From the NCBI GenBank assembly GCA_963705165.1, contig CAVPJD010000003.1, positions 1-49,077 of the forward strand: a DNA stretch of 49,077 nucleotides. Direction: 5' to 3'. The number at the start of each line of letters is the position of its first letter. Position 1 is the first letter of the stretch. The notes under the pieces were generated by a model, which saw nothing but the letters and a program-made list of their open reading frames with translations, was not told the DNA's origin and did no database searches. Below, piece by piece: positions 1 to 10,463 of this stretch. This DNA comes from an uncultured delta proteobacterium (GTDB lineage: Bacteria; Desulfobacterota; Syntrophia; Syntrophales; UBA2192). Made by a program: the position numbers and the translations under genes.

Positions 1-796
1 AGTGAATCCCCGGATTGTTTACTTTGATTTTCTATGTTAAGGATTTCAGGATTTTTCATTGAAATTAGTTATTCAGTTTTTATTATAAATGGGATATCCG
101 ACATAATTATCTCTGATTCAATATAGCATAACTGACATTGTCAGGCATATGAAATTATAAATCTTTCGGACTGGATATTCCTGTCCGATATACAAAGATC
201 GTATACTTCACGGCAAATTTGCAAACTTCTTAATAATTGATATTTTCTAATATTAGTAATTTTTAAGCAGAATTGTTTTACTCAATTAGGTTTTAAATAG
301 TGAGTTTGGGCATACTATCGCCCGGTCAGTCACAATTTTTTTCTTTGTAACTTATTGTAATACTTAGCAAAAAGAGCGAAGTTATCCTATTTGCTCAACC
401 TTGCAGCTGAAAATTATCAAGTCCGAGAAATCAAATTAAAATGATCCAAAAATGTAAATATAGTATAAGAATTGTCTATCACAAACTCTATTCACGCTAT
501 CATTCCTTAAAATATGATATTTCAATAAGTCATTATCGTCCTTTTTATTTAATTCATGTAGTAATTGGTTCAGTTTGTAAAATTATTTGTCTATTTGGTC
601 AAATTTTAAAATTACAAAATTGCTTTACCTTTAATCTGGCATTATTTTATTATCAAATAATAACTTGAGCTAGATTAATTTGTGTATTTTCGGGTTCTAA
701 AGGATTTTAAGTTATTTGAGAAGGTCCTTTGAGTTTAAGGAAGGCCTGCTAAGAATAGCTAAACAGCAATAATAGATTAATCAAATTTATAAATAC

Positions 797-1836
797 ATGA
801 ACTTTAATAATAAATGCCTGATGATCACCGGGGGCACCGGATCCTTTGGTAACGCTGTTCTGCGTCGATTTCTGAATACTGATATTTCGGAAATCAGGAT
901 ATTTAGCCGTGATGAGAAAAAGCAGGATGACATGCGGCAGTATTACAGGAATCCTAAAATTAAATACTTCATTGGAGATGTCCGTAACAGACGCAGTATC
1001 GACCAGGCAGTAATGGGTGTAGATTATATTTTTCACGCTGCAGCTCTTAAGCAGGTGCCATCTTGTGAGTTTTTTCCTGCCGAAGCAGTAAGAACCAATG
1101 TCCTGGGTTGTGAAAACGTCCTGGATTCAGCCCAATATCATAACGTTAAGAAGGTTATTGTATTAAGCACTGACAAGGCTGTATATCCCATTAATGCTAT
1201 GGGGATGTCAAAGGCTCTGAGCGAGAAGGTAATGGTCGCAAAATCTCGTTATATGAATGGTACAGGCACTGTCTTTTGTGGAACCAGGTATGGCAATGTC
1301 ATGGCCTGAGAGGATCAGTGATACCTCTGTTTGTAAAACAGATAAAAACTAATCAGCCAATTACTATTACCGATCCCGACATGACCAGGTTCATGATGAC
1401 TCTGGAAGATGCAGTTGAACTTGTATTATTTGCTTTTATTAATGGGAGTAACGGGGATCTCTTTGTACAGAAATCTCCGGCTTCTACAATTGCCGATTTA
1501 GCTAAGGCTCTAAAAGAGTTATACAGATCAACTGTTGAAATTAAGATAATAGGTACCAGACATGGAGAAAAACTTTATGAAACACTTGTTAATCGCGAAG
1601 AAATGGTAAAGGCTATTGATGAAAATCAATACTACAGAATACCTGCTGATAACAGAGATCTGAATTATAATAAATATTTTACGGAAGGCGAATCTGAAGT
1701 AACAACAATGAATGAATATACTTCCCACAATACTAACAGGTTGAATGTGGAAGAGACAAAAAAGCTTCTTTTAAAACTCCAGTCTTTGAGAGAAGATATT
1801 TTAAAGGAAAAATCGGAATCTATATACGAACCATAA
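797..1836 (+). CDS. fnlA: UDP-N-acetylglucosamine 4,6-dehydratase/5-epimerase (FnlA/WbjB/CapE family), split by one -1 frameshift at ~1307
   Basis: ORFs 797..1309 and 1276..1836 join across the conserved motif GTRYGNVMA(S)RGSVIPLF, where one base is missing (atggcc-tg-agagga). Also ITGGTGSFG Rossmann loop, FSRDEKKQDDMR, HAAALKQVPSCEFFP, LSTDKAVYPINAMG. Confidence 0.9.
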
Positions 1837-1958
1837 TAACTAAAAAATACTTAAAATTGAGCTTGTGTCTGTTTTTTAATCCATGGTGGATTTATTGGGT
1901 AATAAATTTAAGGTACTTCATACACTTTAGATTTTAGGTGCATTAATAAAAATTTGAT

Positions 1959-3076
1959 ATGATTAATATAGGCATTACCGGGCAGTCTGGATTTATTGGA
2001 ACTCACTTGTATAATTTTCTGGGACTAAAGAAAGATGAAGTAACCAGGATCCCATTTCAGGATGATTTTTTCTCAGACAAAACAAATTAGAAAATTTTGT
2101 CCGGCAATGCGATGTTATTGTTCACCTGGCAGCTCTAAACAGGCATAATGATCCTCAGTTTATTTATGATACAAATATTGACCTGGTAAAAAAACTTATT
2201 AGTGCATTAGACAATACTGGTTCTAAGCCTCATGTCTTCTTTTCATCTTCAATCCAGGAGGATCGGGACAATATTTTTGGACAATCAAAGCGAAAAGGAA
2301 GGGAGATGCTGGCTCTTTGGGCTGAAAAAAACAAATCTTTTTTTACCGGACTTATAATACCCAATGTATTTGGACCTTTTGGGAAACCCTACTATAATTC
2401 AGTTATTGCTACTTTTTCTCACCAGTTGACACATAATGAAGAACCCAGGATAGAGGTTGATGCGCAATTAAAACTTATTTACATCGATGACCTGGTTAGA
2501 ATAATCTATAATTCAATCAGTGGTAAGTTATCTGAAAAAGAATTTAAGGTCCTGCATAATAATGAAATAAAGGTTTCAGAAATACTTACTCTTCTTAAAA
2601 ATTTCAAATCGCTGTATTTTGATGAAGGGATATTCCCTGATCTGGCTCATCCATTTGAACGAAATCTATTCAATACATTTGTATCCTATATTGAAATTGA
2701 TAGATTTTTCCCTGTTAAGCTTAAGCAGAGTACTGATGAAAGAGGTTCATTTGTGGAGACAATAAAATTAAACAGTGGGGGGCAGGTTTCATTTTCAATT
2801 ACCAAACCAGCCGTAACGAGAGGAAATCATTTTCATACTCGCAAGGCTGAAAGGTTTGCTGTTATCAAAGGAAAGGCATTGATTCAGCTGAGAAGAATTG
2901 GAACAAGGAAAGTACTGAATTTCGAATTGGATGGCAAGGTTCCAGCTTACGTTGATATGCCCGTATGGTATACGCATAATATTACTAATATTGGGAATGA
3001 TGAGCTATACACCGTATTTTGGATTAATGAGTTTTTTAATCCGGAAGATCCTGATACTTTTTTTGAGACTGTATAG
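1959..3076 (+). CDS. fnlB: NAD-dependent epimerase/reductase with C-terminal cupin (FnlB/WbjC/CapF family), -1 frameshift at ~2080
   Basis: ATG at 1959 gives MINIGITGQSGFIGTHL. After the A-rich stretch at 2079-2086 the frame of ORF 2306..3076 continues as KLENFVRQCDVIVHLAALNR. Motifs PNVFGPFGKPYYNSVIATF, DERGSF, RGNHFHTRKAERF, WYTHNITNIG. Confidence 0.88.
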
Positions 3077-3168
3077 ATAGTAAATTTCTTAAAACGGCAC
3101 ACAGCGTTATAGATTCCCTTAAAACTTTCAGCCAAAAATCATTATCTAATCACCAATAACCAATCCCT

Positions 3169-4315
3169 ATGAGCCGACTTAAAGTACTAACAGTTGTAGG
3201 TACCCGTCCTGAAATTATCCGGCTATCCCGCGTAATGGTTTTACTGGATGAACATGTAAACCATGTTATTGTACATACAGGGCAGAACTACGATTATGAA
3301 CTAAATGAAATATTCTTTAAAGATCTTGAACTTCGTAAACCTGATTACTTTTTCAATGTTGATACTTCTTCATTGGAAGCATCAGTTGGAGACATAATCC
3401 GAAAATCCGGTGAAATCTTAAGGAAGGAAAAGCCGGATGCCCTCTGGTTCTGGGCGATACAAATTCATGTCTTGCAGCATATATGGCCAAACGTTTGCAT
3501 ATTCCCATTTTCCACATGGAAGCGGGTAACAGATGTTTTGATTTCAATGTTCCTGAAGAGGTTAACCGTCGCATTGTTGATCATATTTCTGATTTTAACC
3601 TGGTTTATACAGAGCACGCAAGGAGACACCTGTTGTCAGAAGGACTTCCTCACCGCCGTATTTATCTCACAGGCTCTCCCATGTTCGAAGTCTTAAATTA
3701 TTACAAACCAAAAATCGAAGCCTCTGACATTCTCCGGGACTTGTCACTATCTCCAAGTAACGAATTCCCAGACTCCAGTCACTACTTCCTGGTTTCAACT
3801 CACCGGGAAGAAAACGTTGATAATTCTCAAAATCTCGAAAATATCATTTATATTTTGAATCTCCTGGCTGAAAAATACAGATTACCCATTATTGTTTCGA
3901 CCCATCCAAGAACAAGGAAGAGAATTGAAGAACTTTCATATAAAAAAGCTGACAAGTTGATTAGGTTTTTAAAACCTTTTGGATTCAGTGATTATGTACA
4001 CCTTCAAATGAATGCATTATGTACGATTTCTGATAGTGGTACAATCAGCGAAGAATCCTCTATCCTGAATTTTCCTGCGATTTCCATTCGTAATTCTATG
4101 GAAAGACCTGAAGCACAGGATGCCGGCACAATAATTCTACCGGCTTCAATCCCGATACTGTTCTAGGTTCAATTGAATTGGCCATAAAGGAACATAGTGA
4201 TAATATATCAAAATTACCTTCACCCGATTACCTTATACCTGACACCTCCTGGAGGGTATTAAAACTTATTCAGGGGCTGACGTATTTGTCAAACAAATGG
4301 TATGGAATAATTTAG
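3169..4315 (+). CDS. fnlC: Non-hydrolysing UDP-sugar 2-epimerase (FnlC/WbjD/CapG; WecB-like), -1 frameshifts at ~3443 and ~4140
   Basis: VVGTRPEIIRLS, HTGQNYDYEL, (V)LGDTNS, FHMEAGNRCFD, HREENVD, SDSGTISEES, MERPEA spread over three frames. The third frame reads GFNPDTVLGS...SNKWYGII* and ends at 4315. Confidence 0.88.
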
Positions 4316-4435
4316 AAAAAAAAGCAAATAGAATAGTATTGTGATGGGCTATTTTTGTATATTATTGTAGTGCCGGTTTTGGGTACAATAAGATTAAATA
4401 TTTAATTAGTAAAAGGTATAAATCATTTTTTTAAG

Positions 4436-5580
4436 ATGGAGTTGCCGCAAAACAAACGAATCTACCTCTCCAGCCCTCACATGGGAGGTACTGAACAAAA
4501 ATATATCAAGGAAGCCTTTGATACGAACTGGATAGCCCCCCTTGGTGCCAATGTAGATGCTTTTGAAGAATCTCTTGCCAGTTATTGTGGTGTAAAGCAT
4601 GCCGCTGCACTAAGTTCAGGAACAGCAGCCATTCATCTTGCACTTATTCTTTCAGGTGTAGAATCTGGAGACGAGGTTATCGCATCATCTTTTACTTTTT
4701 CAGCAACAATAAATCCAATTGTTTACCTGGGAGCAACACCAATCCTGATTGATAGTGAACCAGAAACATGGAATATGAGTCCTGAATTGCTGGAAAATGC
4801 TATTAAAGACCGGCTTTCCAAAGGCAAAAAACCAAAAGCCATAATACCTGTGCATCTATATGGTATGCCTGCTAATATGGAAAAGATCATGGAGATTGCT
4901 GACAGATATGAAATTCCTGTAATCGAGGATGCTGCTGAAGCCCTTGGAAGTCGTTATAAGGGCAAACCGGTTGGTTCCTTTGGAAAAATGAGAGTCTTGT
5001 CTTTCAATGGAAATAAAATCATTACAACTTCAGGTGGAGGTGCTCTTATATCCAATGATGAAGAAATTATTGTGAAAGCAAGATTCCTGGCCACCCAGGC
5101 CCGTGATAATGCTCCTCATTATCAGCACAGCCATATTGGATATAATTATCGGATGAGCAATGTTTTGGCTGGAATTGGCCGGGGGCAAATGGAGGTTATT
5201 GAAGAGCGGGTACAAAGAAGAAGAGATAATTTTTTCTTTTACGGAAACACCTTGAAAAATATGATGGTATAAGCTTCCTGGAAGAGCCTGATGAATCATT
5301 CTTTTCAAATCACTGGCTTACAACAATTCTGATTGATCCATTAAAAACTGGAATTAACAGAGAGGATATGCAGAAAGAACTGGAGAAAGAAAATATTGAA
5401 ACCAGACCCTTATGGAAGCCAATGCATCTGCAACCGGTTTTTTCATCATGTCCTGCCTATTTAAATGGTACTTCTGAAAATCTATTTACTAAAGGTCTGT
5501 GTCTGCCATCAGGTTCCAATATGTCTGAAGAGGATATGCAGAGAGTCATTAGTATTGTGACCAGGAACTTTCGGTACTAG
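4436..5580 (+). CDS. DegT/DnrJ/EryC1/StrS-family PLP sugar aminotransferase (PglE/EpsN-like), -1 frameshift at ~5255
   Basis: IYLSSPHMGG, SSGTAAIHLAL, EDAAEALGS, SFNGNKIITTSGGG, GYNYRMSNVLAGIG. The C-terminal frame (ETRPLWKPMHLQP, GLCLPSGS) is reached through an A-run. Confidence 0.9.
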
Positions 5581-5750
5581 CGTATAGTTAAATACTTACA
5601 GGTTGTTACAATATTTATTAACCAATTCCAGAGTTCTTCATTTATCGAATCAGCAGGTAAAAATTATGTAACTTTTTTTTATTCTTTTGTAATGTTTTCA
5701 AGGAATATGTTGATAACTTTTACCTGCAAAAGCATATTCAGAATTTTACT

Positions 5751-6580
5751 ATGAAAAGGGCTTTTATAATACTGTTTATAATAATTAATATTTCATTGAT
5801 TAATTATGGTCAGATTATAGCTGATCATACTGTGGTTGACAAATTTGATGATATTCCATTGTATTATATTGATCAGGTTAAGAAAATGTGGATCTCTTTT
5901 GCGGGAGAATCCCATTCTGAATCACTTAGAAGGGGACTTGAACTTCTTGAAGCTGCATATCCTGCATATCAGGTAACAGTAGCTGAGTATACAGATCCAG
6001 CACCATATACCACAGCTTATTTAAGAGCCGATGCTAATACATGGGGTGATCTTACAAATGCGACCGGATGGATACGGTGGTACGGTGAAGAAGATTGGTA
6101 TACAAGTGCAACAGCAATAGCTCATACAAAAGCAGGAATTACACGTTGTAATACTATTGGTCCAGCGTTATCGGCTATTGGCTTTGGAATGTGTTATGGC
6201 GATGGAGGAGGAAATTATATTACAGCTACCCAATCTTACATTGATCACTGTACTGCAAATGGTTATCCAACAAAAGTTTTTTTTACAACAGGGCCAGTTC
6301 TTCATTACATTTATATGAATGGACATCATATTATGATACTATAAGACGTTATGTTGCTGCTGACCCAACATTGATCCTATTTGATTTTGCTGATATCTTA
6401 TGTTATAATAATGACGGTAGTGGACCAAACACTGCGATAGATGAAGGTCATACTGTTCCATATATAACAACAGAGAGTCACAATCCGGATGTTGGAGGAT
6501 TTCATTTCTCAAATGCTGGTGCATTAAGACTTGCTAAAGCCATGTGGTGGATGCTGGCAAGAATTGCAGGATGGGATGGT
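5751..6580 (+). CDS. Secreted hypothetical protein with signal peptide; -1 frameshift near 6300-6325; cut off at the compositional junction
   Basis: MKRAFIILFIIINISLINYG-QIIADH signal-peptide-like N-terminus. It continues in the next frame as TSYYDTIRRYVAADPTLILFDFADILCY...AKAMWWMLARIAGWDG and runs straight into the 3' end of mltA with no stop codon of its own. Confidence 0.65.
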
Positions 6581-6590
6581 TTCTTTATTT
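6575..6590. other. Abrupt junction between the AT-rich and GC-rich sequence blocks
   Basis: Base composition and codon usage switch within a few bases. The mltA stop (6585-6587, minus strand) sits about 4 nt from the interrupted AT-rich ORF. No terminator, tRNA, att site or transposase is visible. Confidence 0.9.
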
Positions 6591-7820
6591 TTTTCCTTTT
6601 TTCAGGACGAGAAAATACAGATCACCCTCCTCCTTGAGGTGGCCCGCCGTGATCTCCGCCTCGTTGCCCCTTCCGCAGAACAGATCCACCCGCCCGGGGC
6701 CCGTGATCGCCCCGCCAGTGTCCTGGTTCAGGACGAACCGTGAGAACGGGACCCAGGAACGGATATCGCCGCCGGGGCCGATAACGGGCTTTCTGGTCTT
6801 GACGAAGGCAAGCGCCCCCCGCGGGAAGATCGTCTGATCTGTGGCGATGGAGCGGCCGCCTGTGAGCGCCACGCCGATACTGCCCACGGGTCCCTCCTCA
6901 ACGGTGCGGAAAAACACATAGCTCTCGTTGTAGTTGAGGATGTCCTCGATCTCCTCCGGATGTTCCCGGAGATACTTCTTGATACCCTGCATGGACAGGT
7001 TCTCCCGGGTGGCCTTGCCCGAATCGATCAGGAGCCTCCCGATGCTCCGGTAGGCCCTGCCGTTGGACTGGGCATAACTCACCTGGAAGCACGCCCCATC
7101 GGGCAGGCAGATCATCCCCGAGCCCTGGATGTGGAGGAAAAAGATGTCTACGGGATCCGCAAACCAGGCGATCTCCAGCCCCTTGTTTTCCAGGACCCCC
7201 GCCCCGTCGATCTCCTCGCGGGAGAAATAGGGGACCAGCTCGCCGTTCTCGACCCGGCCCACCAGCCGCTCATTGCGGTATTTATCGCGGAACTTCCCCA
7301 GCTGGACAACGACGGAGTCGTCGGGCTTGCGGTAGATGGGATACCGGTACTTCTCGCTTCGCCCGGGTGAGCCCTTGAGGACCGGCTCGTAGTAGCCTGT
7401 AAAAAGCATCCTGCCCGAGGAAGCGCCGCCCGAGGCCCTGTAGACGTCAAAGGTTTCCCGCACCCTTCTTTCGATCGTCGCGGAGGAATCACTCGTCTCG
7501 ACGATCTCCAGAAAGGCCCCCAACGATTCTTTCATGTCGCGCACCGTGAAACGCTCCGCCGCCAGCCGGTACGTGGTGCGCTCGGGAAGCCTGTTGTAGT
7601 ACTCCAGGCTCTTGCGAACGGCCCTGGCGAGAGATTCCCGGTCCAGATCGTCCCGGAAGGCGGGCAGGTCGCTGCCGGTGACGACGGCAAGCGGCGGGCC
7701 TTCCTTCAGCGGTAAAGGAGGCGCAGGCACTACAGGCGGTTTCTTGAAGAACGTGCAACCGCCGAGTAGCAGGAGCAGCAAAACGAGGATGATCAATGTC
7801 GCTTTTTTCATGTCCTTCAA
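6585..7820 (-). CDS. mltA: Membrane-bound lytic murein transglycosylase A (lipoprotein)
   Basis: Lipobox LLLLGGC; FTGYYEP, FFLHIQGSG, NESYVFF, and 3D-domain QDTGGAITGPGRVDLFCG motifs. TTG start preceded by GAGGGGG; alternative ATG at 7811. Confidence 0.93.
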   Translation of the reverse strand: MKDMKKATLIILVLLLLLLGGCTFFKKPPVVPAPPLPLKEGPPLAVVTGSDLPAFRDDLDRESLARAVRKSLEYYNRLPERTTYRLAAERFTVRDMKESLGAFLEIVETSDSSATIERRVRETFDVYRASGGASSGRMLFTGYYEPVLKGSPGRSEKYRYPIYRKPDDSVVVQLGKFRDKYRNERLVGRVENGELVPYFSREEIDGAGVLENKGLEIAWFADPVDIFFLHIQGSGMICLPDGACFQVSYAQSNGRAYRSIGRLLIDSGKATRENLSMQGIKKYLREHPEEIEDILNYNESYVFFRTVEEGPVGSIGVALTGGRSIATDQTIFPRGALAFVKTRKPVIGPGGDIRSWVPFSRFVLNQDTGGAITGPGRVDLFCGRGNEAEITAGHLKEEGDLYFLVLKKGKK

Positions 7821-7842
7821 CTCGAATCCCCCTCGAACTGAT

Positions 7843-7939
7843 GGAAGTCAGGAAGTGAAGAAGAGCAGAAGAGCGGAAAAAAGAAGGGCTTCTTTCCTCC
7901 TCTTATCCGCTCTTCCTGACTTCCGCTCTTCCTATCTTC
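7843..7939. repeat. Degenerate octamer inverted-repeat array (GAAGAGCG/GAAGTCAG units followed by their complements)
   Basis: ggaagtca ggaagtga agaagagc agaagagc gg ... ccgctctt cctgactt ccgctctt cc. The 20 nt at 7904-7923 are the exact reverse complement of 40269-40288. Confidence 0.75.
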
Positions 7940-8006
7940 ATCAACTTCGGGGCCTGCAGACAATCTCCTTGCGGTATGCCGATAAGTGCGGGACCTGTGG
8001 CTCGGA

Positions 8007-8465
8007 TCACAGTTCGATGATCATTGCATACTCGTCGCAAAAATCCGGGTACTTCCAGCACTTGAAGCAGTCCGACCAGATCTTCTCCGGCAACTCCGTG
8101 CGCTGGACCTCGTGGAACCCCATCGCATCAAAGAAATCCTTCTGGTACGTGAGCGCGAAGATGCGATAGATCTCCAGGGTGATCGCTTCGGAAATGCAGG
8201 CCTCGACCAGCTTCTTTCCGATGCCCTTGTGCCGGTAGTCATCGGACACATAAAGGGAGCGGATTTCGGCGAGGTTCTCCCAGAACAGATGCATGCCGAC
8301 AATCCCCACGATGGGCCCCTTGTCCTCCTCCCGGTAGACGTAAAAGTCCCGCAGGCTGTTGTAGAGATCCACGAGCGAGCGGGGCAGCATCTCGCCCTTG
8401 GCCGCCGAGAGGTTGATCGTCCGGTGCATCGCCTTCACATCGCTGGTCTTTGCTTTTCTCAACAT
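8007..8465 (-). CDS. GNAT N-acetyltransferase, short ArgA-type (probable amino-acid/N-acetylglutamate synthase)
   Basis: MLRKAKTSDV, MLPRSL..LY..LRDF, LAEIRSLYV, GIGKKLV, FALTYQ..FF, LPEKIWSDCFKC..YP..CDE: pattern of the stand-alone short ArgA family. Confidence 0.8.
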   Translation of the reverse strand: MLRKAKTSDVKAMHRTINLSAAKGEMLPRSLVDLYNSLRDFYVYREEDKGPIVGIVGMHLFWENLAEIRSLYVSDDYRHKGIGKKLVEACISEAITLEIYRIFALTYQKDFFDAMGFHEVQRTELPEKIWSDCFKCWKYPDFCDEYAMIIEL

Positions 8466-8475
8466 TTCGGCACTC

Positions 8476-8590
8476 GTCTATTTCGTTCGTCGTTTATTTC
8501 GTTCGTTTCGTTATTTCGTCAGGCCTTTCGACAGCCCGTCTCCTGAGGCGCGTTTGCCGACACGCTACACCCTACGCGCTACACGCTATT
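8476..8590. repeat. Short tandem repeats (TTTCGTT-like and CACGCTA-like units)
   Basis: tatttcgttcgtcgtttatttcgttcgtttcgttatttcgt and cacgcta-cacccta-cgcgcta-cacgcta between recN and the GNAT gene. Confidence 0.6.
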
Positions 8591-10277
8591 CTTTTCGTCT
8601 GGCTGCTTTCAACATTTCCTTCGCGGCAGCCCGGGTCTTGTCCGTGATTTCCACACCGCCCAGCATCCGCGTGATCTCCTCGAGTCTCTCCTCTTCGGAC
8701 AAGGTTCTTACCTCCGCTCTCGTTCGCCCGTCGTTTACACTCTTCACGACCTGGTAGTGCGTAGAGCCGAAGGAGGCAATCTGGGGCAGGTGGGTGATGC
8801 AGATGACCTGGTGGTTTTTCGCAATGTCCCGGAGTTTTCGTCCCACGATCTCCGCCGTGGCTCCACCGATGCCGCTGTCCACTTCGTCGAAGATGACCGT
8901 CCCGACGGATCCCGCCCGGGCGAGCACTTTCTTCATGGCCAGCACGATCCGCGAGAGTTCTCCGCCCGAGGCGATCCGGTTGAGAGGCTTCAGCTGTTCC
9001 CCCACGTTTGTGGACAGGTAAAACTCCAGATGGTCGACGCCCCTGGAGTGAAAGCGCGGGGTGTCGCCGTCGTCGAGCTGCGGCTCCTTGAATGAGACCT
9101 CGAAGCGCGCCTTTTCCATCTTCAGGTCATGGATCTCCTCTTCGATGGCTTTCTCCATGGATGAGGCCACACGCCTGCGCTCGACGGTAAGCTTTCCCCC
9201 GAGTTCCTGCAAGGAGGCTATTTTCAGCTTCAGCTCCCGCCCCAGACCCTCCAGATCCTCGGCAGCGCTCGAGAGCCCTTCCAGTTCGGCCTTCAGCGTC
9301 GTCCCCGTCTTCAGGATGCTCTCGATGGAGCCGCCGTATTTCTTTTTCATTCTCCCGATGACCTCGAGCCGGTCGTCGATCTCCTCGAGCCGCGCCGGGT
9401 CCGCGTGGATTTTATTCAGGTAATCCTGCAGGACCCTCGCCGCATCCTCGAGCTGGATTGCGAGCGATTTCACCTCTTCGTCCGAGACCTTGAAATTCGG
9501 ATCGATGCGGCGGATTTCCCGGATGTGGCCGGTCACGCGGCTCACCTGGCCCAGGACCGATTCCTCCTTACCATAGAGAATCTCGTAAGACTCGCGGGCG
9601 AGCTCCGTCAGCTTCACGGCGTTTGCGAGGATTTTTTTCTCCTCCTGAAGAGAGACGTCCTCGCCGGGCTTGAGGGCCGCCTTCTCGATCTCGCCGACCT
9701 GGAAACGGAGAAATTCCTCCCTTTCGGCACGGTTTCGGTTCTTTGCCGCCAACGCATCCAGCCGCGCCTTCAGTCCCTGATGCTCCTCGTAGAGCGCGGT
9801 AAAGGCGCTTCGCTGCGGGCCCAGGTTTCCGAACTCATCGAGGATGTCGATGTGGCTCTCCGGGTCGAGCAGGGCCTGGTGCTCGTGCTGGCTGCAGATA
9901 TTGACGAGCGCTTCGCTGATCTCGCCGAGCATGGCCACGGTAGCAAGGTTGCCATCGATGTAGACCCGGTTCTTGCCAGACCGGGACACGACCCGTTTCA
10001 CTACAAGCTCACGGCCCGGGCGGAAGCCCATCCCGTAAAGCTTTGTCTTGAGGAGCTTGTGGGGACCGATGTCGAAGGCCGCTTCCACGATGGCCGCGTC
10101 CTCATCGGATCGAATCAGATCCGACGAAGCCCTCTCCCCGAGCAGAAGCCCGATGGCCCCGATGAGGATCGACTTGCCTGCCCCTGTCTCGCCCGAGATG
10201 ACATTCAGGCCGTCATGAAAGGCCAGGTTGAGCCTGTCGATGATGGCAAAGTTGGTGATGCCCAGTTCCTTCAGCAT
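8586..10277 (-). CDS. recN: DNA repair protein RecN
   Basis: NFAIIDRL, SGETGAGKS Walker A, long coiled coil, ASGGELSR signature, IFDEVDSGIGG Walker B, CITHLPQIA. Confidence 0.97.
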   Translation of the reverse strand: MLKELGITNFAIIDRLNLAFHDGLNVISGETGAGKSILIGAIGLLLGERASSDLIRSDEDAAIVEAAFDIGPHKLLKTKLYGMGFRPGRELVVKRVVSRSGKNRVYIDGNLATVAMLGEISEALVNICSQHEHQALLDPESHIDILDEFGNLGPQRSAFTALYEEHQGLKARLDALAAKNRNRAEREEFLRFQVGEIEKAALKPGEDVSLQEEKKILANAVKLTELARESYEILYGKEESVLGQVSRVTGHIREIRRIDPNFKVSDEEVKSLAIQLEDAARVLQDYLNKIHADPARLEEIDDRLEVIGRMKKKYGGSIESILKTGTTLKAELEGLSSAAEDLEGLGRELKLKIASLQELGGKLTVERRRVASSMEKAIEEEIHDLKMEKARFEVSFKEPQLDDGDTPRFHSRGVDHLEFYLSTNVGEQLKPLNRIASGGELSRIVLAMKKVLARAGSVGTVIFDEVDSGIGGATAEIVGRKLRDIAKNHQVICITHLPQIASFGSTHYQVVKSVNDGRTRAEVRTLSEEERLEEITRMLGGVEITDKTRAAAKEMLKAARRKE

Positions 10278-10327
10278 GTGAATCCAGTGCCCTCATGGTG
10301 GGGCTTCCCGGTAAGGATGGTTCGTCG

Positions 10328-10415
10328 TTCGGCAGGCTCACGATGACTGCTCACCATGACGATGGAAATGTCATCCTGAGCGCCTGTCCTGAGTTCATCG
10401 AAGAATGTCGAAGGA
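10328..10415. repeat. REP-like palindromic element with a nested second unit
   Basis: ttcggcaggctcacgatgac ... gtcatcctgagc[gcctgtcctgagttcatcgaagaa]tgtcgaagga. The outer arms are near-inverted copies. Confidence 0.6.
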
Positions 10416-10463
10416 CCCCCTCGCCCCGAGATCAGGGGTTTGATTTTCCCGAGGCGCCCCCGG

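Noticed and set aside
1..59. Possible start of a minus-strand gene (MKNPEILNIENQSKQSGDS) running off the window
   Set aside because: Only 19 codons are visible and there is no recognisable motif.
441..668. 75-aa ORF in AT-rich DNA
   Set aside because: No motif or RBS; composition typical of an intergenic promoter region.
1300..5260. Phase variation or programmed frameshifting in the polysaccharide genes
   Set aside because: The shifts are not at long homopolymers or slippery sites, are all -1, and hit every gene; sequencing error is simpler.
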